Part shown: one piece after another, positions 36,182 to 45,837 of the stretch | Layout of the letters: each line of letters begins with the position of its first letter | Numbering within the stretch: position 1 is the first letter of the stretch | Source of the DNA: a virus | Lineage: Duplodnaviria > Caudoviricetes | DNA length: 64,000 bases | IMG/VR virus record: IMGVR_UViG_3300008262_000013 | Strand: one strand, 5' to 3' | Notes under the pieces: generated by a model | Told to the model about the DNA's origin: nothing | The model's input: only the letters and a program-made list of their open reading frames with translations | The model's database searches: none | Translations under genes and position numbers: made by a program

Positions 36182-37492
36182 GTGGCACAATTTAGAACCG
36201 ACTTACACAAGATAGATTCAGGACAAGTATTCACTCGTTATGAAGTGAATATGATGTCTGATCGTCTTACACCATCGGGCACAATGACAGATGCGTTTGG
36301 TCGCCTTCGTCTATCACAACCATTTACTCTTTTTGATAGTTCGCACCGTTTTACTGACAACGGACTGTGGTCAACATCAAATACAGAAGGAAATAGTTCA
36401 TATGCTTTTGTAAACAATCAAAGTATGATTGCGATGACTGTGGGAACTACAGCAAATGCCGAAGTCATTCGTGAGACAACAAGAGTGTTTTCATATCAAC
36501 CAGGTAAGTCTTTGTTGATGATGTCGTCATTTGCTATGGAGACACCTAAAGCAAATGTTCGTCAGAGAGTTGGTTATTATGGTGCTGAGAATGGTATCTA
36601 TCTTGAGAATGATGGAACAGCAAACTATTTTGTGCTGAGAAGTAATACATCAGGGACAATTACAGAAACAAAAGTTACACAAACAGATTGGAATATAGAC
36701 AAGTTTGTCGGCACGGGTTATTCATCTCAAAGTGGTGGTGCTGAACATACTAACGGCATCGATGTAAGTAAAACTAATATTCTTTGGATGGATATTGAAT
36801 GGTTGGGTGTTGGTGATGTTCGTTGTGGATTTGTGGTTGATGGTAAAATGGTTCCTGCTCATATATTTCATAATGATAATAAGAATTTGGTTCCTTATAT
36901 GACAACGGCATCTTTACCGTTGCGTTATGAAATCAAGAACACAGGTATTACAACAAGTAATTCTACATTAAAACAGATTTGTTCAACCGTTATATCTGAA
37001 GGTGGATATGAGTTGCTTGGATCGCAGCAAGCCGTAGGCACACCAGTTACTAGCCCAATTGATTTGGCCGTTGCTGGAACATATTATAATCTCATTTCTT
37101 TGAGATTGAAATCGGATAGATTAGATGCGATTGCCATTATTACTGCACTATCTTTATTAGCATTAACTAACAACTCATATTATAACTGGCAACTCAGGGC
37201 GGGTGGTACAACAACAGGTGGAACATGGGTAAGTGCAGGAGATAATTCGGCTGTTGAATATAAATTAGATGCCGCAACAATTTCAGGTGGAAGAATATTA
37301 GCATCGGGCTTTACAACTTCTACTACACAAAGTTCTATACCAGTGGATATTCTTAGAGAAGCACTATTCAAATTTCAATTAGAAAGAAATGGATTGACCA
37401 ATACACCCTTCGAACTCACATTATGTGTGGCAGCATCAGTTAATGGTTCTGATATATACGCATCGATGGATTGGGAAGAAGTCACAAGATAA
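36182..37492 (+). CDS. Probable virion structural protein (beta-rich)
   Basis: DAFGRLRLSQPFTLFDS, FSYQPGKS, IEWLGVG; Thr/Gly-rich; late region. Confidence 0.55.
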   Translation: MAQFRTDLHKIDSGQVFTRYEVNMMSDRLTPSGTMTDAFGRLRLSQPFTLFDSSHRFTDNGLWSTSNTEGNSSYAFVNNQSMIAMTVGTTANAEVIRETTRVFSYQPGKSLLMMSSFAMETPKANVRQRVGYYGAENGIYLENDGTANYFVLRSNTSGTITETKVTQTDWNIDKFVGTGYSSQSGGAEHTNGIDVSKTNILWMDIEWLGVGDVRCGFVVDGKMVPAHIFHNDNKNLVPYMTTASLPLRYEIKNTGITTSNSTLKQICSTVISEGGYELLGSQQAVGTPVTSPIDLAVAGTYYNLISLRLKSDRLDAIAIITALSLLALTNNSYYNWQLRAGGTTTGGTWVSAGDNSAVEYKLDAATISGGRILASGFTTSTTQSSIPVDILREALFKFQLERNGLTNTPFELTLCVAASVNGSDIYASMDWEEVTR

Positions 37493-37517
37493 CAAAAACT
37501 AAATCAGGAGAACTAAA

Positions 37518-38840
37518 ATGTTTCAAGACAAACTAACAAAAGAAATTGCTGCTGCAGCAGCACAAATTAAAACAGAACCAACTAAAAACGTTGTAAATGG
37601 AAACAGCGTTGAAGGTGCTGTTGTTTCAATTATGGCCAATGAAGAACTTAAAGGTAATCAACACAAGATTGATGCCAATAAGAATGGTAAAGTTGATGCA
37701 CACGACTTTAAACTTCTTCGTAGTAAGAAAAAAGTAGAAGAAGGTGTTAAGGGTGCTGGTGTAGGTGCTGCTCTAGGTTCTGTTGCTGGTGGACCAGTCG
37801 GTGCTGCAATTGGTGGTGCTTTAGGACATGTGGCTGGTGAAGTTCTTTCCAGTGCTAAAAACAAAGCAAAAGCTATGGGTCGTATTGCTGTAGGTCCTTC
37901 AATGGCTGATAGCAAATTAAAAAGAGAAGATGTTGAACAAATCGATGAAGTTGGTGATACATCAGCAGGTAGAAAAATGATTAGTTCATATGTCAACAAA
38001 GCAATTGGTGACAAATCAAAAGACCGTTCAAAAGGTTTACGTAAAGCAACATCACGCCTCTACAAAGACAATTACTATGGTAAAAAGAATGAAGAAGTTG
38101 AAATGAACGAAGAAGATGCTTATAACAAAGACCGTTATGCTGTTAAAGATGGTAAAGCAAAAAAAGATAATCCTACACACATGGGTTCACCTAACTACAA
38201 AGATCAACCACATCATGTTTGGGCAACAAGTGCTGAACATGCATTGAAAAAATCTATGAAGAAAGAAGAAGTTGAACAAATGGACGAAGCTTTTCCAACT
38301 GTAGCAGATGCTAAAAAACGTATGGCTGCCGGTCAAAGTTCTTTCGAGAAAAAGAAAATTTCTACTGGCACAGTTTACTCACGTAAGTACAAAGCAGAAC
38401 CAGATGATGCAGATGATATGCCAAAGAAAAAGGCAAAGACTATGAAAGAGATGTTGGACATTTACAGACAACATGGCGCAGAATCTTTGGTAGAAAATTT
38501 AATGATCGAAGAACCAACGAACGATGAGTATAAAAAAGAAGCTGAAATTGCTCAAGCAAAATCTGAAGGTAAAATTCGCAATGACAAACAGATTGCTAAA
38601 GCAGCATCACAAGGTGTAAAAATGGAAGAAGTTGAACTTGAAATGTATGATGCTGATGAAATCAATGGTGTTCAAATCGATACAATTGATGAGCGTTCAA
38701 TGACTGATGCTGAAATGGACAAACGTGAGAAAATCGTAAAGTCAATGAAAAAAGGCATTCAAGGTTTCAAAGATCGTTATGGTGATGATGCTAAGTCGGT
38801 AATGTATGCTACTGCAACCAAAAACGCGATGAAGGACTAA
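37518..38840 (+). CDS. Internal-protein-like polyprotein with EF-hand-like and glycine-zipper modules
   Basis: IDANKNGKVDAHDF; GAGVGAALGSVAGGPVGAAIGGALG; repeated EEVEx(x)DE linkers. Confidence 0.65.
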   Translation: MFQDKLTKEIAAAAAQIKTEPTKNVVNGNSVEGAVVSIMANEELKGNQHKIDANKNGKVDAHDFKLLRSKKKVEEGVKGAGVGAALGSVAGGPVGAAIGGALGHVAGEVLSSAKNKAKAMGRIAVGPSMADSKLKREDVEQIDEVGDTSAGRKMISSYVNKAIGDKSKDRSKGLRKATSRLYKDNYYGKKNEEVEMNEEDAYNKDRYAVKDGKAKKDNPTHMGSPNYKDQPHHVWATSAEHALKKSMKKEEVEQMDEAFPTVADAKKRMAAGQSSFEKKKISTGTVYSRKYKAEPDDADDMPKKKAKTMKEMLDIYRQHGAESLVENLMIEEPTNDEYKKEAEIAQAKSEGKIRNDKQIAKAASQGVKMEEVELEMYDADEINGVQIDTIDERSMTDAEMDKREKIVKSMKKGIQGFKDRYGDDAKSVMYATATKNAMKD

Positions 38841-38842
38841 CT

Positions 38843-40300
38843 ATGAAAAAGTTTTCGGATGTTTTTAAATCCATTCGATTTGCTAAATTGGACCCTCAAC
38901 ATGATAAACCTGAAATTGGTGGATCAAAAGATGATGAGGAACATTATACTGTTGGCACAAAAGAATGGGATCAACAAGTAAAACATGTAAAGAAAAGAGC
39001 TATGCAAGAAGAAAAGAAAGACAAGTATGATGAGGGTGAATATGACCGTGAAGGTGATATGGCTAAATCCGACTTGCGTTCTATCATTGCGAATGCTAAA
39101 AGATTGCACGATATGATTGAAGATGCTGATAATCTTCCTGAGTGGGTGCAATCTAAAATTACTGTAGCAGAAGATTATATTTCAACCGTTGCGAATTACA
39201 TGACAGCAGAAATGAATGAATCTGTCGCAGATACACATTCTAAATTGCGTAAAAAATCTGGTTTGCCACATCCCGATTACTATAAAGAATTAGGCAAATC
39301 TTATGATATTGAAGATGATAAAGAAAGACTTTCAAAGCAATCTGAAATCAAAAAGAAATACAAAGTCGAATCTTATGTTCCTTCACCACATGCCAAACCT
39401 GTTCCTAAGAAACCAAAAGGTGAATATGAACGTAAGGTTGACAAGTATTTGAAAAAGAAATACAACAAAGAAGAAGTGGAAATAGACGAAGCAGCAAAGT
39501 GGCGTTCAACTTCAGTAGCAAAAAAAGTTACTGATCCTGATGATGAAAGCAGTCGTTCTTATGACTATCATCACGAAAATCCCAGATCAACAGGCATGAA
39601 GCAAGCAACTTCAGATAAGCCATATTCATCGGGCAGTTTGATGACAAGACTTAAAGCACAAGTCGCCTCACAGGGTGCCAGAAAAGGTATGGTTACCAAA
39701 CAACACGCCGCAAGTCTAAAAGATAGAATCAAGTCTGCTATGCGTAAAGAAGAAGTTGAACTTTCTGAAGGTCGCCCATCACAGCGCCATCCATTAGAGG
39801 GTCATGAATATCACAAGAAAACGGATGCTGAATTGATTCACATTGCTAAAGATGCACATGAAGCAGCAGAAGCAATGAAAAGTCACAACACAACCGCAGA
39901 AAACAAATACCGTGACCAAGCAAATGATTCTGCGACAGTGAGATATTTCCGTCAAAAGAGTGGTATGCCTAACTGGTATAAAAAGAAGTACGGACACGTT
40001 AAGGAAGAAATGGAACAGTTAGAAGAAAAGAATGTTCCAACTTCACCTGAAAAGTGGGCTCAGGCCAAAGCACAAGCAAAAGCTAAGTTTGATGTATATC
40101 CATCAGCCTACGCAAATGGTTGGGCTGCAAAGAAATATAAAGAAATGGGTGGTGGTTGGAAATCAGTTAGCGAAGAAACTATTTCAGAATCTCGCAAATC
40201 TGAAATTATCAAAAAGTTAGTTAAGAAAAAAACTAATCCAGACGATAAATTTGAACCAAATCCAGTAATGGTAAAAACCAGAGATGACAGAGATCATTAA
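38843..40300 (+). CDS. Internal-protein-like polyprotein with basic modules (DUF5872-like C-terminal module)
   Basis: Linkers KEEVEIDE, KEEVELSE, KEEMEQLEE, TISE; VYPSAYANGWAAKKYKEMGGGWK. Confidence 0.65.
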   Translation: MKKFSDVFKSIRFAKLDPQHDKPEIGGSKDDEEHYTVGTKEWDQQVKHVKKRAMQEEKKDKYDEGEYDREGDMAKSDLRSIIANAKRLHDMIEDADNLPEWVQSKITVAEDYISTVANYMTAEMNESVADTHSKLRKKSGLPHPDYYKELGKSYDIEDDKERLSKQSEIKKKYKVESYVPSPHAKPVPKKPKGEYERKVDKYLKKKYNKEEVEIDEAAKWRSTSVAKKVTDPDDESSRSYDYHHENPRSTGMKQATSDKPYSSGSLMTRLKAQVASQGARKGMVTKQHAASLKDRIKSAMRKEEVELSEGRPSQRHPLEGHEYHKKTDAELIHIAKDAHEAAEAMKSHNTTAENKYRDQANDSATVRYFRQKSGMPNWYKKKYGHVKEEMEQLEEKNVPTSPEKWAQAKAQAKAKFDVYPSAYANGWAAKKYKEMGGGWKSVSEETISESRKSEIIKKLVKKKTNPDDKFEPNPVMVKTRDDRDH

Positions 40301-40308
40301 CATAAATA
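40301..40308 (+). promoter_or_regulatory. Late promoter variant
   Basis: CATAAATA 30 nt upstream of 40339 ATG. Confidence 0.6.
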
Positions 40309-40338
40309 ACAAGTAAAACAATTTTTAGGAGAAATAAA

Positions 40339-41139
40339 ATGCCTTTATGGTCAAACACAGACGCTAATACTAGCGCACCAAAATATGCAGTAGCTGGAGG
40401 ACTTGGTGTCTCCGCTAATGGTGATGTCTTATACACAAATACAACCGCCGATGCATTTGTTCCAGGTGCAACGATTGGTGTATTTGGTGTTTCCGCTTCG
40501 GAGAAATCTGGAACAGGTAATGTTGCAACATTGACTATTACTTCAGCTGGTTCGGGTTTCACTGCTCGTCCGACTTTAAGTATAACTGGTGCTAATACTG
40601 TTCAAGCAGTAGCTATTGCTAATGCAAAAACTGTAGGTGTAACAATCACCGCAGCAGGTACAGGTTATGTAGCCGGTCAAGTATTTACTGCAACTGGTGG
40701 TACAGGTACAGCAACGACACTTACTATAACTACAGTCAACGGAAGTGGTAATGTTACTGCGGTTAGCATTACACAAGCAGGTGACTATACAGCATTACCA
40801 ACACTAACTAATAATCCATTTACATCCAACACTACTGTTGCTGGTACAGGATTTACGGCTACACTTTCTATGGGTGTTGGTAGTACATTGGTTACTACAG
40901 TTGGTGAACAATATAATTCTTCCGACGTAACCGTTACAGTTGGTGGTGCTGGTGGTACAGGTGCTGTTGTTGCACCAGTCTTAACTGGTCAAGAAGGTAC
41001 TTCGAAAGGTGTATTAGCTGGTTGGAACTTACGTAAAGAAGGATCTGGTGGTCGTGCAGGTCGTGTACAGTATGAGTGCTTAGTTGCTATGGGTTCAATC
41101 TCCGGTGATGGCGCTGACGATACTCTATTGGCACCGTAA
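40339..41139 (+). CDS. Virion structural protein (Thr/Gly-rich, tail/fibre-like)
   Basis: MPLWSNTD; repeated ITxAGxGY/F units; GRAGRVQYECLVAM. Confidence 0.6.
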   Translation: MPLWSNTDANTSAPKYAVAGGLGVSANGDVLYTNTTADAFVPGATIGVFGVSASEKSGTGNVATLTITSAGSGFTARPTLSITGANTVQAVAIANAKTVGVTITAAGTGYVAGQVFTATGGTGTATTLTITTVNGSGNVTAVSITQAGDYTALPTLTNNPFTSNTTVAGTGFTATLSMGVGSTLVTTVGEQYNSSDVTVTVGGAGGTGAVVAPVLTGQEGTSKGVLAGWNLRKEGSGGRAGRVQYECLVAMGSISGDGADDTLLAP

Positions 41140-41141
41140 TA

Positions 41142-41561
41142 ATGAGATATGAAGATGATGCTATCGATTCCTCAGAAGTAATAGGAACGATACAAAAAGG
41201 TCAAGCGATTGATGCACATGAACCTTCGGGTGAGGACTCTGTTTCGGTCCTCAACCCGAATGTTGTTACCGAAGTTAATTTTCGTTTAAGAAATGAATTA
41301 AATGAAATTATATTAACTGCCGATCAGGGTATACAGAAGATAAGAAAAACCTTACATAGATATGGTTTTGATTTACCTGCTGTATATGAACCTGATCGTG
41401 AAGGTGATGAACTGGTAATTGAAGTTAATCAGTTTGGTTTTGATGATTTAGATTCTAATGTTTATATTTTATATTTTATGAATGATAAAGGGGTTTATGA
41501 ATTTTATGCTGAACTTGGAGATGATCAACGTATGGATGAATTACTATCTGACGGTATTTAA
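41142..41561 (+). CDS. Acidic hypothetical protein
   Basis: Coupled ORF. Confidence 0.6.
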   Translation: MRYEDDAIDSSEVIGTIQKGQAIDAHEPSGEDSVSVLNPNVVTEVNFRLRNELNEIILTADQGIQKIRKTLHRYGFDLPAVYEPDREGDELVIEVNQFGFDDLDSNVYILYFMNDKGVYEFYAELGDDQRMDELLSDGI

Positions 41562-41572
41562 AAAGAAAAATA

Positions 41573-41965
41573 ATGCTGTTTGATAATTTGACTAGTGAAA
41601 ATATACTGATGTATGCAATGAAGATTTATGATAAGCCTAATTGCATCATGAGTGAGTTTAAAGAAGATATGAAAAGATTCAACTATTTAAAAAGGTTGTT
41701 TCGAAGGTATCGAAAAATAGGTGAAATAAAAGAACTTCTAGTATTAAATCATCTAGTCGTTTTATATAATGTTTTTGGTGCTGAAGCATTGACTAGATTA
41801 TTATTTTTTAAGATGTCCAAAGAAGATCAACCTATTTTAAAAACATACCTTATATTTTTAAGTTGTATGCCAGATGTGGTAAAAGGTATAAAAGGACAAG
41901 ATGTATTATCTTCTGATATACCTGTAGATTTAAAAATAGCCGAAGTGTTAAGAGAGATTAAATGA
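41573..41965 (+). CDS. T4-like hypothetical protein
   Basis: LTSENILMYAMKIYDKP..EFKEDMKRFNYLKRL..LVLNHLVVLYNVFG. Confidence 0.7.
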   Translation: MLFDNLTSENILMYAMKIYDKPNCIMSEFKEDMKRFNYLKRLFRRYRKIGEIKELLVLNHLVVLYNVFGAEALTRLLFFKMSKEDQPILKTYLIFLSCMPDVVKGIKGQDVLSSDIPVDLKIAEVLREIK

Positions 41966-42186
41966 GTAATGAATTTAAAAAAGAATGTGGCGAAGGAATG
42001 TATTGGTGTAGCACTGATAAAAAGTGTAAGCCAATACAAGAAGATATGCCCACAAACAATGCCGGTGGTGGTGTCATTGCTGGAATAGGTGTTGGTCCTC
42101 AAGGTGAACCTGGTGTAAATAAGAAAAAAAGAAATTTAATACCTTTAATGGCTTTTATAAGAAGGAAAGCAAATGTGGCTTCTTAG
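41962..42186 (+). CDS. Small hypothetical (Cys mini-module, IQE linker, Gly-rich module)
   Basis: CGEGMYWCSTDKKCKPIQE|DMPTNNAGGG. Confidence 0.6.
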   Translation: MSNEFKKECGEGMYWCSTDKKCKPIQEDMPTNNAGGGVIAGIGVGPQGEPGVNKKKRNLIPLMAFIRRKANVAS

Positions 42187-42688
42187 TTTTTTACCTACAG
42201 CATTTCTAGAATTTATAATTAATGCCGTATTGTTTGCAAGTATAGTTGGTGTTGTTGTAGGATTTTTTGGAAGTAAAATTCCATTTGTTGGCTCATATGC
42301 AACAATCATTAAGTATGCGTCAATCGTATTTTTCTGTATAGGCCTTTATTGGAAAGGTGGATTTAGTGTAGAGAAAGAGTGGCGAGCTCGTGTCGAAGAA
42401 ATGCAAGAAAAAGTAAGACTTGCAGAAGAACAGTCTAAACAAGTCAACACAGAAATAGAAACTAAAATTGTAGAAAAAACAAAAGTTGTAAGAGAAAAAG
42501 GTAAGATACAAATCGAATATATTAATCGATTAGTTAAAGGTGATACTGTAGAGATTGTGAAAGACATGACTGAAGAACAGAAACAGGAATTTATGGTAAA
42601 GCAAAAAGAATTACAAGATGCTTTGAAAAATTGTCCTATACCAAGAATCATTATAGAAGAACATAATAAAGCTGTGGAGTTGAAATGA
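42173..42688 (+). CDS. Inner-membrane spanin (Rz-like)
   Basis: N-terminal TM helices, long coiled coil, C-terminal Cys; overlapped by lipoprotein gene. Confidence 0.75.
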   Translation: MWLLSFLPTAFLEFIINAVLFASIVGVVVGFFGSKIPFVGSYATIIKYASIVFFCIGLYWKGGFSVEKEWRARVEEMQEKVRLAEEQSKQVNTEIETKIVEKTKVVREKGKIQIEYINRLVKGDTVEIVKDMTEEQKQEFMVKQKELQDALKNCPIPRIIIEEHNKAVELK

Positions 42689-42951
42689 AACTATATCTAA
42701 TTTTATTGACTGCATTATTAACTGGTTGTTCCACTACTGTACCAGTTGTTGCAAAGTTTCCTGAAGCACCACAATCGTTAAAAGAAAATTGTGCCACTTT
42801 AAAGAAAATTGAAGGTGAACAAGTTTCTATCGTAGATTTGCATAAAACTGTGATTGAGAATTATACTACTTACCATGAGTGTGTTATTAAAGTTGAAGGT
42901 TGGAACGAGTGGCACAAAAAACAAAAAGAGATTTTTGAAAGTATAAAATAA
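42685..42951 (+). CDS. Outer-membrane spanin lipoprotein (Rz1-like)
   Basis: Lipobox LLTGC, Pro-rich N-terminus, extra Cys. Confidence 0.8.
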   Translation: MKLYLILLTALLTGCSTTVPVVAKFPEAPQSLKENCATLKKIEGEQVSIVDLHKTVIENYTTYHECVIKVEGWNEWHKKQKEIFESIK

Positions 42952-42964
42952 ATTGGAGTAAACA

Positions 42965-43582
42965 ATGGAACTAACAAAACAACAACTAAAACAATTATTA
43001 CCAAAAAATCCATATATTGACCAGTGGCACAATGCACTCAGTCAATTATTGCCAGATTATCAAATCAATACACCACAACGTATTGCAGCATTCATTGCAC
43101 AATGCGCTCACGAATCTGGTAATTTTATTTTCTTAACTGAAAATTTGAATTACAAAGCCGCAACACTACGTAAATTATTTGGAAAATATTTTCCAGATGA
43201 TGCAAGTGCTGCTGCATATGAAAAGAAACCTGAAAAGATTGCAAACAAAATCTATGCTGATCGTATGGGTAATGGTAACGAAGCATCTGGTGACGGCTAC
43301 AAATATCGTGGTCGTGGATTAATTCAATTGACTGGTAAAACAAACTATACTTGGTTTGCTGCATCACTGGAGATTTCTCCTGAAGAAGCAGCAGAGTATA
43401 CACAAACTTTTGAAGGCGCAGCACAATCTGCATGTTGGTTCTGGGAAACAAATAATATTAATCAATGGGCTGATAAGAATGATATTCTCACAATGACAAA
43501 GAGAATTAATGGTGGCACCATAGGACTTGAAGATCGCAAGAAACATTATGAACATGCCCTTCACGTTCTAGGAGCTCACTAA
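42965..43582 (+). CDS. GH19 endolysin
   Basis: AAFIAQCAHES, ENLNY, YRGRGLIQLTGKTNY, TKRINGG. Confidence 0.92.
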   Translation: MELTKQQLKQLLPKNPYIDQWHNALSQLLPDYQINTPQRIAAFIAQCAHESGNFIFLTENLNYKAATLRKLFGKYFPDDASAAAYEKKPEKIANKIYADRMGNGNEASGDGYKYRGRGLIQLTGKTNYTWFAASLEISPEEAAEYTQTFEGAAQSACWFWETNNINQWADKNDILTMTKRINGGTIGLEDRKKHYEHALHVLGAH

Positions 43583-43824
43583 TGAAATATCTAGCACTTC
43601 TAATACTACCACTATTGGTTGCTTGCGAGGAAAACTATCGTTACCCTTGCCAAGATCCAGATAATTGGGAAAAGAAAGAATGTAAAAAACCCTATTGTAG
43701 TGCTAACGGAACTTGTCCTGAAGATTTGACTCCATACGAAAAAGATAAAGTTGGAGGATTACCAGGAAATAATAATATAACACAGCCTGCACAACAGATG
43801 CCAAAAAAAGGAGAATGTAAATGA
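43582..43824 (+). CDS. Cys-rich lipoprotein
   Basis: Lipobox LLVAC; YRYPCQDP..C..C..GTC. Confidence 0.7.
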   Translation: MKYLALLILPLLVACEENYRYPCQDPDNWEKKECKKPYCSANGTCPEDLTPYEKDKVGGLPGNNNITQPAQQMPKKGECK

Positions 43825-44321
43825 TTAAGGATATATGGGAAGGACCAAGATATACAACTGAAGAATTAAATGCGAGATTAAAATTCTTTATTGGTGTCGT
43901 TTTAGGCCTAACACTATTTGGTATTGTTTTCGTAGTATTATACAGTTTAATTTTTGTTACTCAGCCGATGAATGGTATGAGTCCTGTGGATAATAAATTC
44001 TTTGAGTTAATTATTCCAATTGCAACATTCTTAACTGGTACATTATCAGGTATTATGTTGGCAGGTGATGACAAAGACTTGAGAGCAAAAGCACTTGATG
44101 CTGCTAACAAGCCATATACACCACCACCTTCGCCACCACCATCACCGTCACAGAAAAGAATTGAACCAACTTTAAGTGAAGCAGCCGCCGCTCGTGCATC
44201 AACACCATCAAATCCGTTTGAATCTGCAATGGACGATGTGTTAAATAGTTTTGCTCCTGCTGTTGCATCGGGATTCGGTGGTAAAGAAGCGCCTGCACAA
44301 CCAGATCATCCTGAAAAATAA
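43821..44321 (+). CDS. Two-TM membrane protein with Pro-rich tail (holin candidate)
   Basis: Two hydrophobic helices then PPPSPPPSP. Confidence 0.6.
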   Translation: MIKDIWEGPRYTTEELNARLKFFIGVVLGLTLFGIVFVVLYSLIFVTQPMNGMSPVDNKFFELIIPIATFLTGTLSGIMLAGDDKDLRAKALDAANKPYTPPPSPPPSPSQKRIEPTLSEAAAARASTPSNPFESAMDDVLNSFAPAVASGFGGKEAPAQPDHPEK

Positions 44322-44548
44322 TGAGTCTATTAATCAAGATGCTCTCAGGAGAGGGTGAAAATAATCCAAGTAGCAAGAGAGTAATTACGTTTCTAGCGTT
44401 TTTACTTCTTGCTACGGGGTTTATTGCAGAAATGTTTTTTGAAAGAAAAGTAAACCCTAGTACCTACGAAACAATGATGTATATTGTTATTGGTGGTTTA
44501 GGGTTTACCGCATCCGAAAAATTTACTAAAAAGGAAAATACAAAATGA
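44321..44548 (+). CDS. Small two-TM holin-like protein
   Basis: PSSKRVITFLAF..GGLGFTASEKF; in lysis cassette. Confidence 0.55.
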   Translation: MSLLIKMLSGEGENNPSSKRVITFLAFLLLATGFIAEMFFERKVNPSTYETMMYIVIGGLGFTASEKFTKKENTK

Positions 44549-44724
44549 ATTACCTATTCGCTTTAGCAATTGCGCTATTTCTTGCCACATCAGTATATGC
44601 AGCAGAAGAAAAGAAAGTTTGTGTCAAAGAATATGACAACAAAACTAAAAAAGAAAAAGAAGTGTGCAAAACTATCAAAGTTCATAAGAAACTAGAAGGC
44701 ACAAAGATTCCTGAGAAAAAGTAA
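44545..44724 (+). CDS. Small secreted two-Cys protein (59 aa, not in ORF track)
   Basis: AAGGA RBS; signal peptide MNYLFALAIALFLATSVYA; VCVKE..EVCKT. Confidence 0.65.
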   Translation: MNYLFALAIALFLATSVYAAEEKKVCVKEYDNKTKKEKEVCKTIKVHKKLEGTKIPEKK

Positions 44725-44736
44725 TAGAGACATAAA

Positions 44737-45456
44737 ATGCCTTTAACTAGAATAACATCCGACAATATTTCAAATACTACAATTGAAATACAGGATCTAA
44801 GTGTAAACACTGTAAATGCTCTAATGTACACAGCAAATACCGCTGTTAGTGCTAGTGGTGTTACTGCTGGAACTTATGGAAGTATAGGAACATCTCCTAT
44901 TATAGTAGTTAATGATCAAGGTAGATTGACTTCAGCTCAAGAAAATATAGAATTTTTACTATATCGATTAAATTCTACTAGAGTTGGTTCCAATGCAACT
45001 GGAGCTCAAAGTATTTTTGGTGTTAGTGCTAATTTGGAAACAAACACACAATATGAAATAGAAGGATTGTATGCCCTGTCAAAAACGGCAGGAACTACAT
45101 CTCATAACTTTTCTATTGGCTTTGGTGGAACCGCAACATTTAATAATGTAGCTTATCTATCTTCATTCAAATACAATACAACTAGTTTTTTAGCAGCTCC
45201 AACAACCGATGGTTTACATTCTTTTATACAAGGAACAACTACAACTCAGATTTTATCCGCAATAGTTTCTGCTGGCACATACATAGCAATAACTATAAGA
45301 GGAAGTTTAAGTGTTAATGAAGCAGGTACATTAATACCACAATATTCTTTGAGTGCCGCTCCTGGCGGCGCATATACTGTAGCTATAGGAAGTTATTTTA
45401 AATTAACTAAGGTTGGATCTGCCGGTTCCAATATTTCTGTTGGTAGTTGGTCTTAA
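44737..45456 (+). CDS. Tail-fibre-like virion protein
   Basis: SGVTAGTYGS..IVVNDQGRLTSA fibre motif; Ser/Thr-rich. Confidence 0.6.
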   Translation: MPLTRITSDNISNTTIEIQDLSVNTVNALMYTANTAVSASGVTAGTYGSIGTSPIIVVNDQGRLTSAQENIEFLLYRLNSTRVGSNATGAQSIFGVSANLETNTQYEIEGLYALSKTAGTTSHNFSIGFGGTATFNNVAYLSSFKYNTTSFLAAPTTDGLHSFIQGTTTTQILSAIVSAGTYIAITIRGSLSVNEAGTLIPQYSLSAAPGGAYTVAIGSYFKLTKVGSAGSNISVGSWS

Positions 45457-45471
45457 TTTTTTGGAGAAAAG

Positions 45472-45837
45472 ATGGCACATTTTGCACAATTGGATGAAAA
45501 CAACACAGTTATTCAAGTTATCGTCGTTCATAATAATGAATTAATGATGGACGGCCAAGAGAATGAAACAAAAGGTATTTTGTTTTGTAAATCGTTGTAT
45601 GGTGAAGAAACACGATGGAAACAAACATCATATAACGGAACTATGAGAAAAAATTATGCAGGTTTTGGTTATACGTATGATGCACAAAGAGATGCATTTA
45701 TACCACCGAAACCTTTTAATAGTTGGGTATTGAATGAAACCACTTGTTTGTGGGAAGCACCAACACCATACCCAACAGATGGTGAAAGATACTATTGGGA
45801 TGAAGAAACGACCAGCTGGGTGCTCAGTACGGTATGA
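45472..45837 (+). CDS. Tail-fibre-associated/assembly protein
   Basis: MAHFAQLDENN..WKQTSYN..RKNYAGFGYTYD..DAFIPPKP..WEAP. Confidence 0.65.
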   Translation: MAHFAQLDENNTVIQVIVVHNNELMMDGQENETKGILFCKSLYGEETRWKQTSYNGTMRKNYAGFGYTYDAQRDAFIPPKPFNSWVLNETTCLWEAPTPYPTDGERYYWDEETTSWVLSTV

